Shown: positions 23,018-32,000 of the stretch, in pieces
Layout: each line of letters opens with the position of its first letter
How positions within the stretch are numbered: position 1 is the stretch's first letter
NCBI GenBank assembly: GCA_965250005.1
Contig: OZ252279.1
Coordinates: forward strand, 330,001 to 362,000
Length of the DNA stretch: 32,000 bases
From: Demequinaceae bacterium
GTDB taxonomy: Bacteria > Actinomycetota > Actinomycetes > Actinomycetales > Demequinaceae
Direction of reading: 5' to 3'
Notes under the pieces: model-generated
What the model was told of the DNA's origin: nothing
Databases searched by the model: none
The model's input: the letters and a program-made list of their open reading frames with translations, nothing else
Program-made: the position numbers and the translations under genes

Positions 23018-23851
23018 ATGCGCCTTGACCGCGCGCTTCACGCGCGGGGATTGGCGAGGTCGCGCACCCACGCGCAGGCGCTCATTGCCGAAAAGTCTGT
23101 CCTTGTAGATGGCAACGTCGTCACCAAGCGGGCCTTCGAGGTTGAGCACCAGCAACTTGAACTTGCGGCGGACGCCGACCATTATGTCTCCCGCGGCGCC
23201 CACAAGTTGGTTGGCGCGCTGGCTTCATTCGCGCCTGCGGGGCTAGTCGTGACGGGTCGCGAGTGCATGGATGCAGGCGCGTCAACTGGCGGGTTCACTC
23301 AGGTGCTACTCGAGGACGACGCGGCGAGTGTCCTGGCGGTGGACGTCGGGCACGATCAGTTGTCGCCTGCGATCGCCCGTGACCCGCGGGTGGATGCGCG
23401 AGAGGGAATCAATGTACGCGACTTCGTACCGCCAAGTGACGCCGCCCGGGTCGAGTTCCTGGTTGCCGACTTATCGTTCATCTCCCTGAGGCACGTCTTG
23501 CCGGGGTTGGCGGCATGGCTGCGTCCCGGTGCGGACGCCCTACTGATGGTCAAACCCCAGTTCGAAGTAGGGGCGGGTGGCCTCGGCAAGGGAGGTGTCG
23601 TCCGCAGCGCCGACGCGCGGGCAGGAGCTGTCGCATCGGTGGCTCAATCGGCCCGGGAGGCGGATCTCCACCTATTCGACGTGGCACGTAGCAGGTTGTC
23701 GGGGCCGCGTGGGAATGTGGAGTACTTCATCTGGTGCGGGAAACCGTGGCAGGCTGAACAGGCACCGTCCGGCCAGCAAGACACCCGGCCGCGATTGGAT
23801 GAGGAGTCGCTCGCACGAGCGATCGACCGCGAGGTGAAGGGAGAGGTATGA
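23018..23851 (+). CDS. tlyA: TlyA family rRNA (cytidine-2'-O)-methyltransferase
   Basis: N-terminal S4 domain (MRLDRALHARGLARSRTHAQALI...VLVDG), YVSRGAHKL, and the SAM-binding motif DAGASTGGFTQVLL. Confidence 0.93.
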   Translation: MRLDRALHARGLARSRTHAQALIAEKSVLVDGNVVTKRAFEVEHQQLELAADADHYVSRGAHKLVGALASFAPAGLVVTGRECMDAGASTGGFTQVLLEDDAASVLAVDVGHDQLSPAIARDPRVDAREGINVRDFVPPSDAARVEFLVADLSFISLRHVLPGLAAWLRPGADALLMVKPQFEVGAGGLGKGGVVRSADARAGAVASVAQSAREADLHLFDVARSRLSGPRGNVEYFIWCGKPWQAEQAPSGQQDTRPRLDEESLARAIDREVKGEV

Positions 23852-24708
23852 CGCGCCGAATTCTCGTTGTCGCACACCCAAACCGGAAGGGAACTGTCGA
23901 AGCCTTCGCGACCGCCGTGCTGGAACTCGAGCGGCATGGCGCGACGACGGTTGTGGACTTCGACTCTAGGTCCAACGCGACTGTCGACGCTGCGCTGGTA
24001 CTCGGCGGCGACGGCACAATGTTGCACGCGGCAAACCTGACCCGCGGCTTTGACATTCCGCTCCTCGGCGTCAATTTTGGCCGAGTCGGGTTCCTGGCAG
24101 AACTCGAAAGCGACGGCCTCAAAGAGGCGGCTGTGTGCCTCGCAGAAAACACCTATTCCGTCGAAGAGCGCGGCACACTCGAATGGGTAGTGAAGCCACC
24201 CAAAGGCGTGGCCACTCAGGGGTGGGCGCTCAATGAACTAACAGTCGAACGCTCGGATCCCCGCCGCACACTTGAGGTCGAAATCGAGGTGGATGGCATG
24301 CCGCTGTCCACGTTCGGCTGCGACGGCGTGGTGATGTCGACGGCCACGGGATCGACCGCGCACGCGTTCAGCGCTGGCGGTCCCGTGATGTGGCCCAACG
24401 TCGACGCCTTGCTCATGGTGCCGCTAGCCGCGCACGCGCTGTTCGCCACGCCGCTTGTGGTCGGTCCCGAGTCGTGGTTTGCGGTGGAGATCGCGGCGGA
24501 CTCTTCCTCCGCGGGGCTTGCCGTGGCCGACGGCGCCAGAAGCGTGGACGCTCCGTTGGGCTCGCGCGTCGAGGTGCGCCGGTCGGCTAAGAAGGTGCTG
24601 CTTGCGCGCAAGACCGACTCGACGTTTGCCGAACGGCTCATCACCAAGTTTGACCTGCCTACCGAGGGCTGGCGCGGCGAGCGCGGCCACGGATCCCCGG
24701 GGGCCTAG
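23848..24708 (+). CDS. nadK: NAD kinase
   Basis: GGDGTMLHAA (the GGDG motif) and STATGSTAHAFSAGGP. The ATG at 23848 overlaps the tlyA TGA (ATGA). Confidence 0.95.
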   Translation: MTRRILVVAHPNRKGTVEAFATAVLELERHGATTVVDFDSRSNATVDAALVLGGDGTMLHAANLTRGFDIPLLGVNFGRVGFLAELESDGLKEAAVCLAENTYSVEERGTLEWVVKPPKGVATQGWALNELTVERSDPRRTLEVEIEVDGMPLSTFGCDGVVMSTATGSTAHAFSAGGPVMWPNVDALLMVPLAAHALFATPLVVGPESWFAVEIAADSSSAGLAVADGARSVDAPLGSRVEVRRSAKKVLLARKTDSTFAERLITKFDLPTEGWRGERGHGSPGA

Positions 24709-24710
24709 AC

Positions 24711-26399
24711 GTGCTTCACGAACTCAGCATCGAGAACCTCGGCGTCATCAAGTCTGCGCGCCTCACGCTCGACCATGGGTTGAGTGTTCTCACAGGCGAG
24801 ACGGGCGCGGGCAAAACCATGGTGCTTACCGGCCTCGCGCTCGTGACGGGGGGCAAGGCTCCCACCGCCATCGTGCGCTCAGATGCCGCCGCCGCCCTCG
24901 CGGAAGCCGTCGTGGACTTGCCTCCAGGAGGTGGAGCGGCACTCAAACTCGCCGACGCGGGCGTGATCCAGGACGACGACGGCACCGTCGTGATCGCGCG
25001 TTCGCTCGGCGCGACAGCGCGGTCGCGCACCGTTGTCGGCGGCAGGCAGGTGCCCCAGGCGCTGCTTGCGGAATGCGCGGCCGAACTAGTGACGGTCCAC
25101 GGCCAAAGCGATCAGGTGCAGTTGCGATCCGCTGCGCGGCAACGTGACACGCTTGACAAGTACGCGGGCGCAAGCCATCTAGCCACGCTTGGCGCCTATC
25201 GCGCCGCGTGGGCGCAGCTCGCTGAACAACGCGAGAGCCTCGAAAAGATGCAGGCTGGGGCTGACCAGGAGCGGCAGGTTGTCCAACACATGCGAAATGA
25301 CCTTGACGCGATTGCCGCCGTTGATCCACAGCCCGACGAGGATGTGGTGCTGGCCGCTGAGGCCAAGGTGCTGGAGAATGCCGAGGCCGTTAGGCGCGGA
25401 ACCACCGACGCGCGGGATGGACTTACTGGTGATGCCGAACAGACCGTGTTGTCAGCGATCGAGGCGGCCAAGCGCGCACTTGGCGACGCGGCGCAGCACG
25501 ACGCAACTCTAGAGGAACAGATCAAGCGGCTCGACGAGGCCAGCTACGCACTAACGGACGTGGGCTCGGAACTCACTGACTACCTGAGCGCGCTCGACGC
25601 GGATCCTGCGCGTCTGGACGCCGTCCTGCAGCGCCGCAGCGACATCGCGGGGTTGTGCCGCAGGCTCGGTCGGGACGGCGCGGGAGTACTCGTGTACGCG
25701 CAAGAAGCCGCGGCGCGAGTGGCAGACCACGATTCGTGGGACGAGCGACTCGCGTCCAGCCAGGCGGATGCGGACGGGCTCGCGGCTGAGGTAATGCGGT
25801 TGGCTGAGGAACTGAGCGTCGGGCGCGGCGAAGCAGCGGTACGCCTCGCCCAGTCCGTGAATGAAGAGCTGCAGCAACTTGCGATGGCAACGGCCACGTT
25901 TGGCGTTCAAACTGACCCCGTTGATGCCGGGCCCTATGGCTCGGATGCGGTCGCCATGACTCTCTCAGCGCATTCGGGTGCGCCGCAACGCCCGCTCGCA
26001 GACGCCGCCTCCGGAGGTGAACTCTCACGTATCATGCTTGCTCTCGAGGTATCGCTTTCGCACGGCAACGTAGCGCCGGGGCACACATTCGTCTTCGACG
26101 AAGTTGATGCGGGAGTCGGGGGCCGTGCCGCGATAGCGGTGGGCAGGCGGCTCGCCGAGCTCGCGCGAACTCAACAGGTCCTTGTTGTGACGCACTTAGC
26201 GCAGGTTGCCGCGTTCGCGGATCATCACATCGTGGTGCGAAAGGACACGGATGGAATGGTCACTACGTCGCACGTGACGGAGGTGACGGGCGAAGATAGA
26301 GTTCAGGAAGTGGCAAGGCTCCTCAGCGGTCAGGAGGATTCGTCCACCGCAAGGGCGCACGCCCTTGAATTGATCGAAGGTTCAGCCGTCTCAAGTTAG
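24711..26399 (+). CDS. recN: DNA repair protein RecN
   Basis: LHELSIENLGVIKSARLTLDHGLSVLTGETGAGKTM (Walker A), a coiled-coil middle region, the SMC signature SGGELSRIMLAL, and the Walker B FVFDEVDAGVGG. GTG start at 24711. Confidence 0.97.
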   Translation: MLHELSIENLGVIKSARLTLDHGLSVLTGETGAGKTMVLTGLALVTGGKAPTAIVRSDAAAALAEAVVDLPPGGGAALKLADAGVIQDDDGTVVIARSLGATARSRTVVGGRQVPQALLAECAAELVTVHGQSDQVQLRSAARQRDTLDKYAGASHLATLGAYRAAWAQLAEQRESLEKMQAGADQERQVVQHMRNDLDAIAAVDPQPDEDVVLAAEAKVLENAEAVRRGTTDARDGLTGDAEQTVLSAIEAAKRALGDAAQHDATLEEQIKRLDEASYALTDVGSELTDYLSALDADPARLDAVLQRRSDIAGLCRRLGRDGAGVLVYAQEAAARVADHDSWDERLASSQADADGLAAEVMRLAEELSVGRGEAAVRLAQSVNEELQQLAMATATFGVQTDPVDAGPYGSDAVAMTLSAHSGAPQRPLADAASGGELSRIMLALEVSLSHGNVAPGHTFVFDEVDAGVGGRAAIAVGRRLAELARTQQVLVVTHLAQVAAFADHHIVVRKDTDGMVTTSHVTEVTGEDRVQEVARLLSGQEDSSTARAHALELIEGSAVSS

Positions 26400-26418
26400 G
26401 CGTGACAACATAAGGGAC

Positions 26419-27585
26419 ATGATGCAATTTTCGCGACTTTTCGGAAGAGGCACGGAAGCCGATGGAGTGATCTCCGGTTCTGTCCGCGTGGACGCTAGCC
26501 CTATGCAACTCGCGCGCCGGCTTCGCAAAGGAGACGTCGCCATCATCGACGTTATGGACCTTGACCAACGCACGGCGGAGGCTATCGCTGAGGCGCAGCC
26601 AGCCGCAGTCCTGAACGCGAAGGAGTCAATCTCGGGCCGCTACCCGAACGGCGGCCCACAGGTTCTTGTTGACGCCGCGATTCCGCTTGTGGACCAGCTC
26701 GGCCACGACTTGCTCACACTTCGCGATGGTGCCAAGGTCCGCATCGAGGGCCCTGATGTGTACTCGGGCGACAAGCAGATCGCAACCGGACTCATTCAGA
26801 CGGCCGCCAGCGTGGCCTCTGCCATGGAGCAGGCGGGCGAGGGCATGAACGTGCAACTCGCGACCTTCACCGCAAACGCGATGGAGCACGTCGCGCACGA
26901 CGCGCCCCTGCTGCTCGAAGGCAAGGGCCTACCGCCCACCAAGGTCAAGTTTCGTGGCCAGCAGGTACTGATTGTCGCTGCGGGGTTCGGTCACGAAGAT
27001 CAGCTCAAGTCTATCCGGGCGTATCTGCGCGACCGGCGGCCTGTCATTATTGCGGTCAGCAACGGCGCCGATGCCGTTATCAAACACGCATATCCGCCAG
27101 CCATCATCATGGGTACGGTCGAATCGGTGTCCGACGAGGCGCTCACGTCCGGAGCGGAACTGGTTCTTCACGACCCCACCGGCGGAGACGCTGGAGTGAG
27201 TCGAGCAGACTCGCTCAACGTCGAACACATCAAATCGGACGCATCCGTCGCCAGCGCAGACCTTGCGATTCTCATGGCCCACGGTGGGGGCGCGACAGTG
27301 ATCGCCACCGTCGGCATTGAAGCGCGCCTGCTCGACTTCCTCGAACAGGGCCAGAATGCGACGGCGTCGACATTCCTGGCGCGCCTGATCGCGGGGGGTG
27401 TCCTCGTGGACGCGACCACGCTCACCAAGGTCTACAGGCATCGCTACTCACCATGGACGCTTGTCGCGCTCGTGTTGTCCGCCCTGTTCGTACTCGGGAA
27501 TGCCCTCGCGCTGACGCCGGGCGGCGCCGCCTGGCTGCGGAGCATCTGGCCATCAGTCTCGAGCTTGTTTGGAGCAACAGCGTGA
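26419..27585 (+). CDS. steA: SteA-like putative cytokinetic-ring/cell-separation protein (Rv1697 family)
   Basis: The N-terminal region GSVRVDASPMQLARRLRKGDVAIIDVMDLDQRTAEAI is characteristic of the family, and there is a C-terminal TM segment (LVALVLSALFVLGNALAL). Conserved position between recN and the mctB-like gene. A second ATG at 26422 is an equally plausible start. Confidence 0.85.
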   Translation: MMQFSRLFGRGTEADGVISGSVRVDASPMQLARRLRKGDVAIIDVMDLDQRTAEAIAEAQPAAVLNAKESISGRYPNGGPQVLVDAAIPLVDQLGHDLLTLRDGAKVRIEGPDVYSGDKQIATGLIQTAASVASAMEQAGEGMNVQLATFTANAMEHVAHDAPLLLEGKGLPPTKVKFRGQQVLIVAAGFGHEDQLKSIRAYLRDRRPVIIAVSNGADAVIKHAYPPAIIMGTVESVSDEALTSGAELVLHDPTGGDAGVSRADSLNVEHIKSDASVASADLAILMAHGGGATVIATVGIEARLLDFLEQGQNATASTFLARLIAGGVLVDATTLTKVYRHRYSPWTLVALVLSALFVLGNALALTPGGAAWLRSIWPSVSSLFGATA

Positions 27586-28547
27586 TCGACTTCCGGTACC
27601 ACGTGATTTCACTTGTAGCAGTCTTCCTCGCGCTCGCCGTAGGAGTCGTCCTTGGATCGGGGCCGCTCCGGACGGCACTGATCGAGGAGGTCACCAACGA
27701 ATCGGAGCAGCTGCGCGAACAGATCATTGCGGCGAATAGGGAGATCGTTGAAGAGCAAACCGAAGGAATTATCGGAGAGGAATTCGTCGGGGACGCGGCC
27801 GACGTGCTCATCGGGGATGCACTCGCGGGGAAGAACATTGCAATTGTTCGGGTGCACTCGCCGTCGACCGCCGACGTCAACGCGTTGCGCGACAGAATCG
27901 TGACGGCAGGGGCGAACATCACGGCGAACCTCACAATCGAGAACGCGTGGACAGATGGCGACCAGTCCACGTTCCGCGCGTCGTTTGCTCAATCAGTTGC
28001 GCCGAGCGTACTCGGTGTCGAAGCCACGCTTGCCCCCGACCGCCTGCTCGCGCACACGCTCGCGCAGGCGCTGGCGCCCCTCGTGGTGCCCGATGGTGCG
28101 GCCGACGAGGGCACCGACATCAATGTCGACTTTCCGGACTCGTCGTCGGCGACTGACCGCGCCGACGTGCTACTCGACCTGCTCAAGAACGCCGATCTGG
28201 TGTCAGGGACCATCACCGGCACGGTGGACGGCATTGTCGTGATTTCAGGCGACGGCCCCGCTGACGAAGACGTGCGGGCCGCCGAGAGCGCGACGTTTGC
28301 CCAAGTCGCCGGCATTCTCGACGAGTACATGGACTCCGTCGTTGTCGCCAGCGGTCCTGTGACCGTGGGCGATGTGCCAACGGCTCTTCAGTCGTCGGCG
28401 CTTCTAAACGGCAGAATCTCAACCGTCACGCACGCAACCAACTTCTATGGCACCTTCACTGTGGTCCTCGCGCTCGCGCGTGAACTCACGGGAGAGAGCG
28501 GTCATTACGGATATGGAGAAGAGCTCACGTTGTATCCGAGCAACTAG
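27582..28547 (+). CDS. MctB/SteB family membrane-anchored protein (copper transporter MctB-like, Rv1698 family)
   Basis: [27 protein letters not shown] closely resembles the MctB N-terminus. The GTG at 27582 overlaps the steA TGA (GTGA). The track start at 27453 lies inside steA. Confidence 0.8.
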   Translation: MIDFRYHVISLVAVFLALAVGVVLGSGPLRTALIEEVTNESEQLREQIIAANREIVEEQTEGIIGEEFVGDAADVLIGDALAGKNIAIVRVHSPSTADVNALRDRIVTAGANITANLTIENAWTDGDQSTFRASFAQSVAPSVLGVEATLAPDRLLAHTLAQALAPLVVPDGAADEGTDINVDFPDSSSATDRADVLLDLLKNADLVSGTITGTVDGIVVISGDGPADEDVRAAESATFAQVAGILDEYMDSVVVASGPVTVGDVPTALQSSALLNGRISTVTHATNFYGTFTVVLALARELTGESGHYGYGEELTLYPSN

Positions 28548-28597
28548 CGCCGCGCGTCGGGGACAGGGACCCTCGCGACCCTGTAGCATTGAGGCCC

Positions 28598-30337
28598 GTG
28601 GAGAGAACCAGGCTTTCGGGAGCAGCGGGGCACGTCACCCGCCACATATTCGTCACCGGGGGAGTTGTCTCATCCCTCGGAAAAGGCTTGACGGCTTCGA
28701 GCCTCGGCCGTCTGCTCAGATCGCGCGGTTTGCGCGTGACCATGCAGAAGTTGGATCCGTACCTCAACGTGGATCCCGGCACCATGAACCCCTTCCAGCA
28801 CGGCGAGGTCTTCGTGACTTCCGACGGGGCCGAGACTGACCTAGACATCGGGCACTACGAGCGGTTCCTCGACGTCGAGCTTGGCGCGCTGTCGAACGTG
28901 ACAACGGGTCAGGTGTACTCCCAAGTCATTGCCAAGGAGCGCCGCGGAGAGTACCTGGGCGACACGGTCCAGGTCATCCCGCACATCACTGACGAGATCA
29001 AGAGACGCATGCGTGCGCAGGCGAGCGATGACGTGGACGTCATCATTACCGAGATCGGGGGCACGGTCGGCGACATCGAATCCCAGCCGTTCCTCGAGGC
29101 CGCGCGGCAGGTCCGCCACGACGTCGGACGCGACCACGTCTTCTTTCTTCACGTGTCGCTGGTTCCGTACATTGGACCGGCAGGCGAGCTCAAGACCAAG
29201 CCAACGCAGCACTCCGTCGCCGCGCTTCGCAGCATCGGGATACAACCCGACGCGATCGTGTGCCGATCCGACCGCGATATACCCGATGGCGTCAAAGGCA
29301 AGATCGCCCTGATGTGTGACGTCGAGCCGCAGGCTGTCGTCACCGCCAAAGACGCGCCCAGCATCTACGACATCCCAAAAGTGCTTCACAGCGAAGGCCT
29401 CGACGCCTACGTTGTTCGTCGCCTGAATCTCCCGTTTCGCGACGTCGAGTGGGGAGCGTGGGCAGATCTACTTGAACGCGTACATCACCCCGCTGAAGAC
29501 GTCGAAGTCGCGCTGGTCGGCAAGTACATCGATCTTCCCGACGCCTACCTGTCCGTCAGCGAGGCGCTGCGCGCCGGCGGGTTCCACCACAACGCACGCG
29601 TGAACATACGATGGGTTGCGTCAGACGCGTGCAAGACCCCGGAGGGCGCCGAGGAGGCGCTCGGTGGCGTGGACGCGGTATTGGTTCCGGGTGGTTTTGG
29701 TGTTCGAGGGATCGAAGGCAAACTTGGTGCCCTCACCTGGGCGCGCGAAAAGAAGGTACCCACCCTCGGAATCTGCCTCGGACTTCAGTGCATGGTGATC
29801 GAGTACGCGCGCACGGTCCTGGGTATCGAGGGCGCGTCCAGCACTGAATTCGACGACGACCCAAAGCATCGCGTAGTTGCGACTATGGAGGAGCAGCTCG
29901 CGATCGTTGACGGAAACGGAAACCTCGGCGGCACGATGCGCCTGGGTGAGTTCCAGGCTGTCCTGACTCCTGGCTCGCTTGTGGCGGAGACGTATGGCAA
30001 GACGACGGTAGGCGAGCGACACCGCCACCGGTACGAGGTCAACAACAAATATCGTGAGCAGTTGGAGGGCGCGGGGTTTGTAGTCTCCGGCGAATCGCCC
30101 GACAGTTCGCTAGTTGAATTCGTTGAACTGCCGCGCGAGGTGCACCCTTATTACGTCGCGACACAGTCGCACCCAGAATTCCTGTCCCGCCCGACTAAAG
30201 CGCATCCTCTGTTTTCTGGACTTATCGCCGCCGCGATCGCGAAAAAGGCGGGCGCGGTCGAATCCAGTGCCGCAGCACAGCCAGATGTAGCCGGTGTCGC
30301 GGCCAAGCCCGGTCCAGCCGCTTTGGCAGCGTCTTAG
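28598..30337 (+). CDS. pyrG: CTP synthase
   Basis: [22 protein letters not shown], and the glutamine amidotransferase active site GICLGLQCM with HRHRYEVN. The start is uncertain between GTG 28598 (GAGG 3 nt upstream) and TTG 28589. There is an Ala-rich C-terminal extension. Confidence 0.96.
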   Translation: MERTRLSGAAGHVTRHIFVTGGVVSSLGKGLTASSLGRLLRSRGLRVTMQKLDPYLNVDPGTMNPFQHGEVFVTSDGAETDLDIGHYERFLDVELGALSNVTTGQVYSQVIAKERRGEYLGDTVQVIPHITDEIKRRMRAQASDDVDVIITEIGGTVGDIESQPFLEAARQVRHDVGRDHVFFLHVSLVPYIGPAGELKTKPTQHSVAALRSIGIQPDAIVCRSDRDIPDGVKGKIALMCDVEPQAVVTAKDAPSIYDIPKVLHSEGLDAYVVRRLNLPFRDVEWGAWADLLERVHHPAEDVEVALVGKYIDLPDAYLSVSEALRAGGFHHNARVNIRWVASDACKTPEGAEEALGGVDAVLVPGGFGVRGIEGKLGALTWAREKKVPTLGICLGLQCMVIEYARTVLGIEGASSTEFDDDPKHRVVATMEEQLAIVDGNGNLGGTMRLGEFQAVLTPGSLVAETYGKTTVGERHRHRYEVNNKYREQLEGAGFVVSGESPDSSLVEFVELPREVHPYYVATQSHPEFLSRPTKAHPLFSGLIAAAIAKKAGAVESSAAAQPDVAGVAAKPGPAALAAS

Positions 30338-30997
30338 TTGGCGCGGCGCGGGAAGTCCTCGGCGAAGGAACGGGCTGGCGCGCTCCCGCTTGCGGATGCG
30401 CCGTCGCATCGGCACGTGCTTGAGCGCAGGGTCGCTTTTGAGGGACACGTTTGGGACATCGTCTCGGAGACCATAGATCTTGGCGATGACGTGATTGTCC
30501 ACCGCGACTATGTCGATCACCCGGGTGCCGTAGCGATCGTAGCCATGCGCGACTCTGGCGAGGTTCTGCTGCTGCAGCAATACCGCCACCCGGTCGGGCG
30601 CGAAATTTGGGAGCCGCCGGCCGGCCTGCTCGACTCGCCGATCGAGGAACCGCTCGACGCCGCCAAGCGGGAGCTCTTCGAGGAAGCCGACCTCGAGGCA
30701 GACACCTGGCATGTACTGCTAGACCTGATGACGTCGCCTGGGGGAAGTTCTGAAGCAATAAGAATCTACCTGGCGCGCGACCTGCGCGAGGTTCCTGCGC
30801 CGCAGCGATTTACCCGCGAAGCGGAAGAGAAGGATATGGTGCCGCGTTGGGTGACCGTCGACGAGGCACTTGAGGCGGTGATCGCTGGAAAGATATCCGG
30901 ACCGACTGCGGTATCGGGGCTCTTCGCAGTTGATGCCGCCCGCCGCGCGAAATGGCGGACACTCAAACGGGCCGACGCGGACTGGGATCGACCGTAA
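30338..30997 (+). CDS. NUDIX hydrolase (ADP-ribose pyrophosphatase-like, Rv1700 family)
   Basis: Nudix box GLLDSPIEEPLDAAKRELFEEADL (GX5EX7REUXEEXGU). The TTG start at 30338 directly abuts the pyrG TAG. Confidence 0.9.
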   Translation: MARRGKSSAKERAGALPLADAPSHRHVLERRVAFEGHVWDIVSETIDLGDDVIVHRDYVDHPGAVAIVAMRDSGEVLLLQQYRHPVGREIWEPPAGLLDSPIEEPLDAAKRELFEEADLEADTWHVLLDLMTSPGGSSEAIRIYLARDLREVPAPQRFTREAEEKDMVPRWVTVDEALEAVIAGKISGPTAVSGLFAVDAARRAKWRTLKRADADWDRP

Positions 30998-31038
30998 ACT
31001 TCGCGAGCGCACGGGCTACGCGCACCGCGGCCACACAC

Positions 31039-31686
31039 CTATTCGATTGGCCGAAATACTCCGGTGATGCTACCTACCGCAAGGACGTGGTCGCGCGACA
31101 GCGAAGTGAACTCCTCGACGCGGAACGAGTCGACCCATTCGAGTTCGGTGTCTAGCGCCCAGACAGTGAACACGTAGTTGTGTCCCGGGTCCGGAGGGCA
31201 CGGACCAAAGTAGCCAGCGGTGCCCGCGTTGCTTACGCCTTCGGCACCGGCGAGCGTCACGCTGGCGCCGGCATCGAGTGAGGTTACGTCGGCGGGAATG
31301 TTCACGTGCAGCCAGTGCGACCAGTTTTGAAACGAGGTGTCGCTCATGGTGAGCGCGAACGTCACCGTGCCTTCCGGGGCTCCCTCCCAAGCGAGTTGTG
31401 GGTTGAGGTTGTCGCCTGTGCATTGGCCGCCAAATGCGCTCGCGCTGAAGCGCGGATCGAGATTGTCGCCGTCAGCGAAGTCGGTACTGGTAAGTGTCAT
31501 GACGCCGATTTCGGCGACGATAACCGTGGGCGTGGGCGTGGGCGTGGGCGTGGGCGTGGGCTCAGGCGCGGCTGAGGGGGAGCAGGCAGCGAGGGCCGAG
31601 GCGAGCACGAGCGCGGTCGCGCCGGTCGCGATGCGGGGAAGGGAACTCGAGGCGGGCTCCAGGAGCGAAATGTCTTTTTTGGTCAT
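31039..31686 (-). CDS. YbhB/YbcL (PEBP, Raf-kinase-inhibitor-like) family lipoprotein
   Basis: Signal peptide with the lipobox LASALAACS, a (PT)6 linker, and the PEBP signature GYFGPCPPDPGHNYVFTVWALD. The start is ATG 31686 (MTKKD) or 31695. Confidence 0.85.
   Translation of the reverse strand: MTKKDISLLEPASSSLPRIATGATALVLASALAACSPSAAPEPTPTPTPTPTPTVIVAEIGVMTLTSTDFADGDNLDPRFSASAFGGQCTGDNLNPQLAWEGAPEGTVTFALTMSDTSFQNWSHWLHVNIPADVTSLDAGASVTLAGAEGVSNAGTAGYFGPCPPDPGHNYVFTVWALDTELEWVDSFRVEEFTSLSRDHVLAVGSITGVFRPIE
31526..31561 (-). repeat. Hexanucleotide microsatellite, (GTGGGC)6 on the plus strand and (ACGCCC)n on the coding strand, encoding the (Thr-Pro) linker
   Basis: Six perfect tandem copies were read directly. 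The repeat is in frame within the PEBP lipoprotein gene. Confidence 0.95.
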
Positions 31687-31766
31687 GCGGTGCATTCTCG
31701 CATGGTGGGGGTAGGGTTCTGGAGACGTTCGCGGCGCTGCAATCGAAACGTGACGTGCGCCGTCTT

Positions 31767-32000
31767 TCAGTGCGTCGCTACGCGAAGCGCCCGGGCCCTC
31801 TGCGTCAGCGCGAACATCGCGGAATGCGCGACGGTAAACACGCCGATGCCGAGGAGGTGGATGCCCACGACGAGTGCTGGCAGTCCGTTGAAGTACTGGA
31901 TGTAGCCGACCGCTCCTTGCGCCAACGTGGCGACGATCATGAATACCACCGAAGCGCGCGCGGCATGATCGCCATCCTCAGCCCTGCGGCGCCACAGCGA
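31767..32000 (-). CDS. C-terminal part of a polytopic membrane protein, probably heme A synthase (COX15/CtaA family); the 5' end lies outside the window
   Basis: The frame is open from position 32000 down to the stop at 31767 (SLWRRRAEDGDHAARASVVFMIVATLAQGAVGYIQYFNGLPALVVGIHLLGIGVFTVAHS...). The GYxQYFxGLP...HxLG pattern resembles actinobacterial CtaA C-termini. The assignment is from memory of the family, not from a search. Confidence 0.5.
   Translation of the reverse strand, partial: SLWRRRAEDGDHAARASVVFMIVATLAQGAVGYIQYFNGLPALVVGIHLLGIGVFTVAHSAMFALTQRARALRVATH

Noticed and set aside
28563-28584. Inverted repeat ACAGGG...CCCTGT after the mctB-like gene, considered as a terminator
   Set aside because: It has only a 6-bp stem with a 10-nt loop and no U-tract, and it lies directly before pyrG, which is probably co-transcribed. 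It is too weak to call.

Overview
This is a GC-rich actinobacterial (Actinomycetota) core-chromosome segment, and almost all of it is recognisable housekeeping DNA. Left to right: the 5' part of an SDR epimerase gene (-); an orphan protein with a histone-tail-like repeat (+); a GNAT acetyltransferase (-); an acidic lipoprotein (-); the arginine operon argC-argJ-argB-argD-argF-argR-argG-argH (+); two tandem paralogous small membrane-protein genes and a second acidic lipoprotein gene (-); a P-loop kinase-like gene; tyrS; a complete rRNA operon (16S-23S-5S, no tRNA in the spacers) with two consensus-like promoters; then a conserved block of TPR protein, HAD phosphatase, a 56-aa ORF, tlyA, nadK, recN, steA, mctB/steB-like, pyrG and a NUDIX hydrolase (+); and finally a PEBP/YbhB-type lipoprotein (-) and the 3' end of a probable heme A synthase gene (-). 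The gene order parallels M. tuberculosis Rv1652-1659 (arg), Rv1689 (tyrS) and Rv1691-1700. I found no mobile element, CRISPR array, toxin-antitoxin pair or recognisable defence gene, and no convincing new multi-gene system. The least explained pieces are: (i) the orphan protein at 554-1399, which ends in three nucleotide-perfect 45-bp repeats; (ii) the minus-strand cluster at 11392-12788 (two paralogous two-TM proteins plus an acidic lipoprotein that has a likely paralog at 2030-2635); (iii) a perfect 21-bp AT-rich palindrome in the 16S leader; (iv) a putative tandem ArgR operator overlapping a leaderless argC promoter; and (v) a basic N-terminal extension on ArgH. Most other long ORFs in the six-frame track are antisense or out-of-frame artefacts of high GC content.
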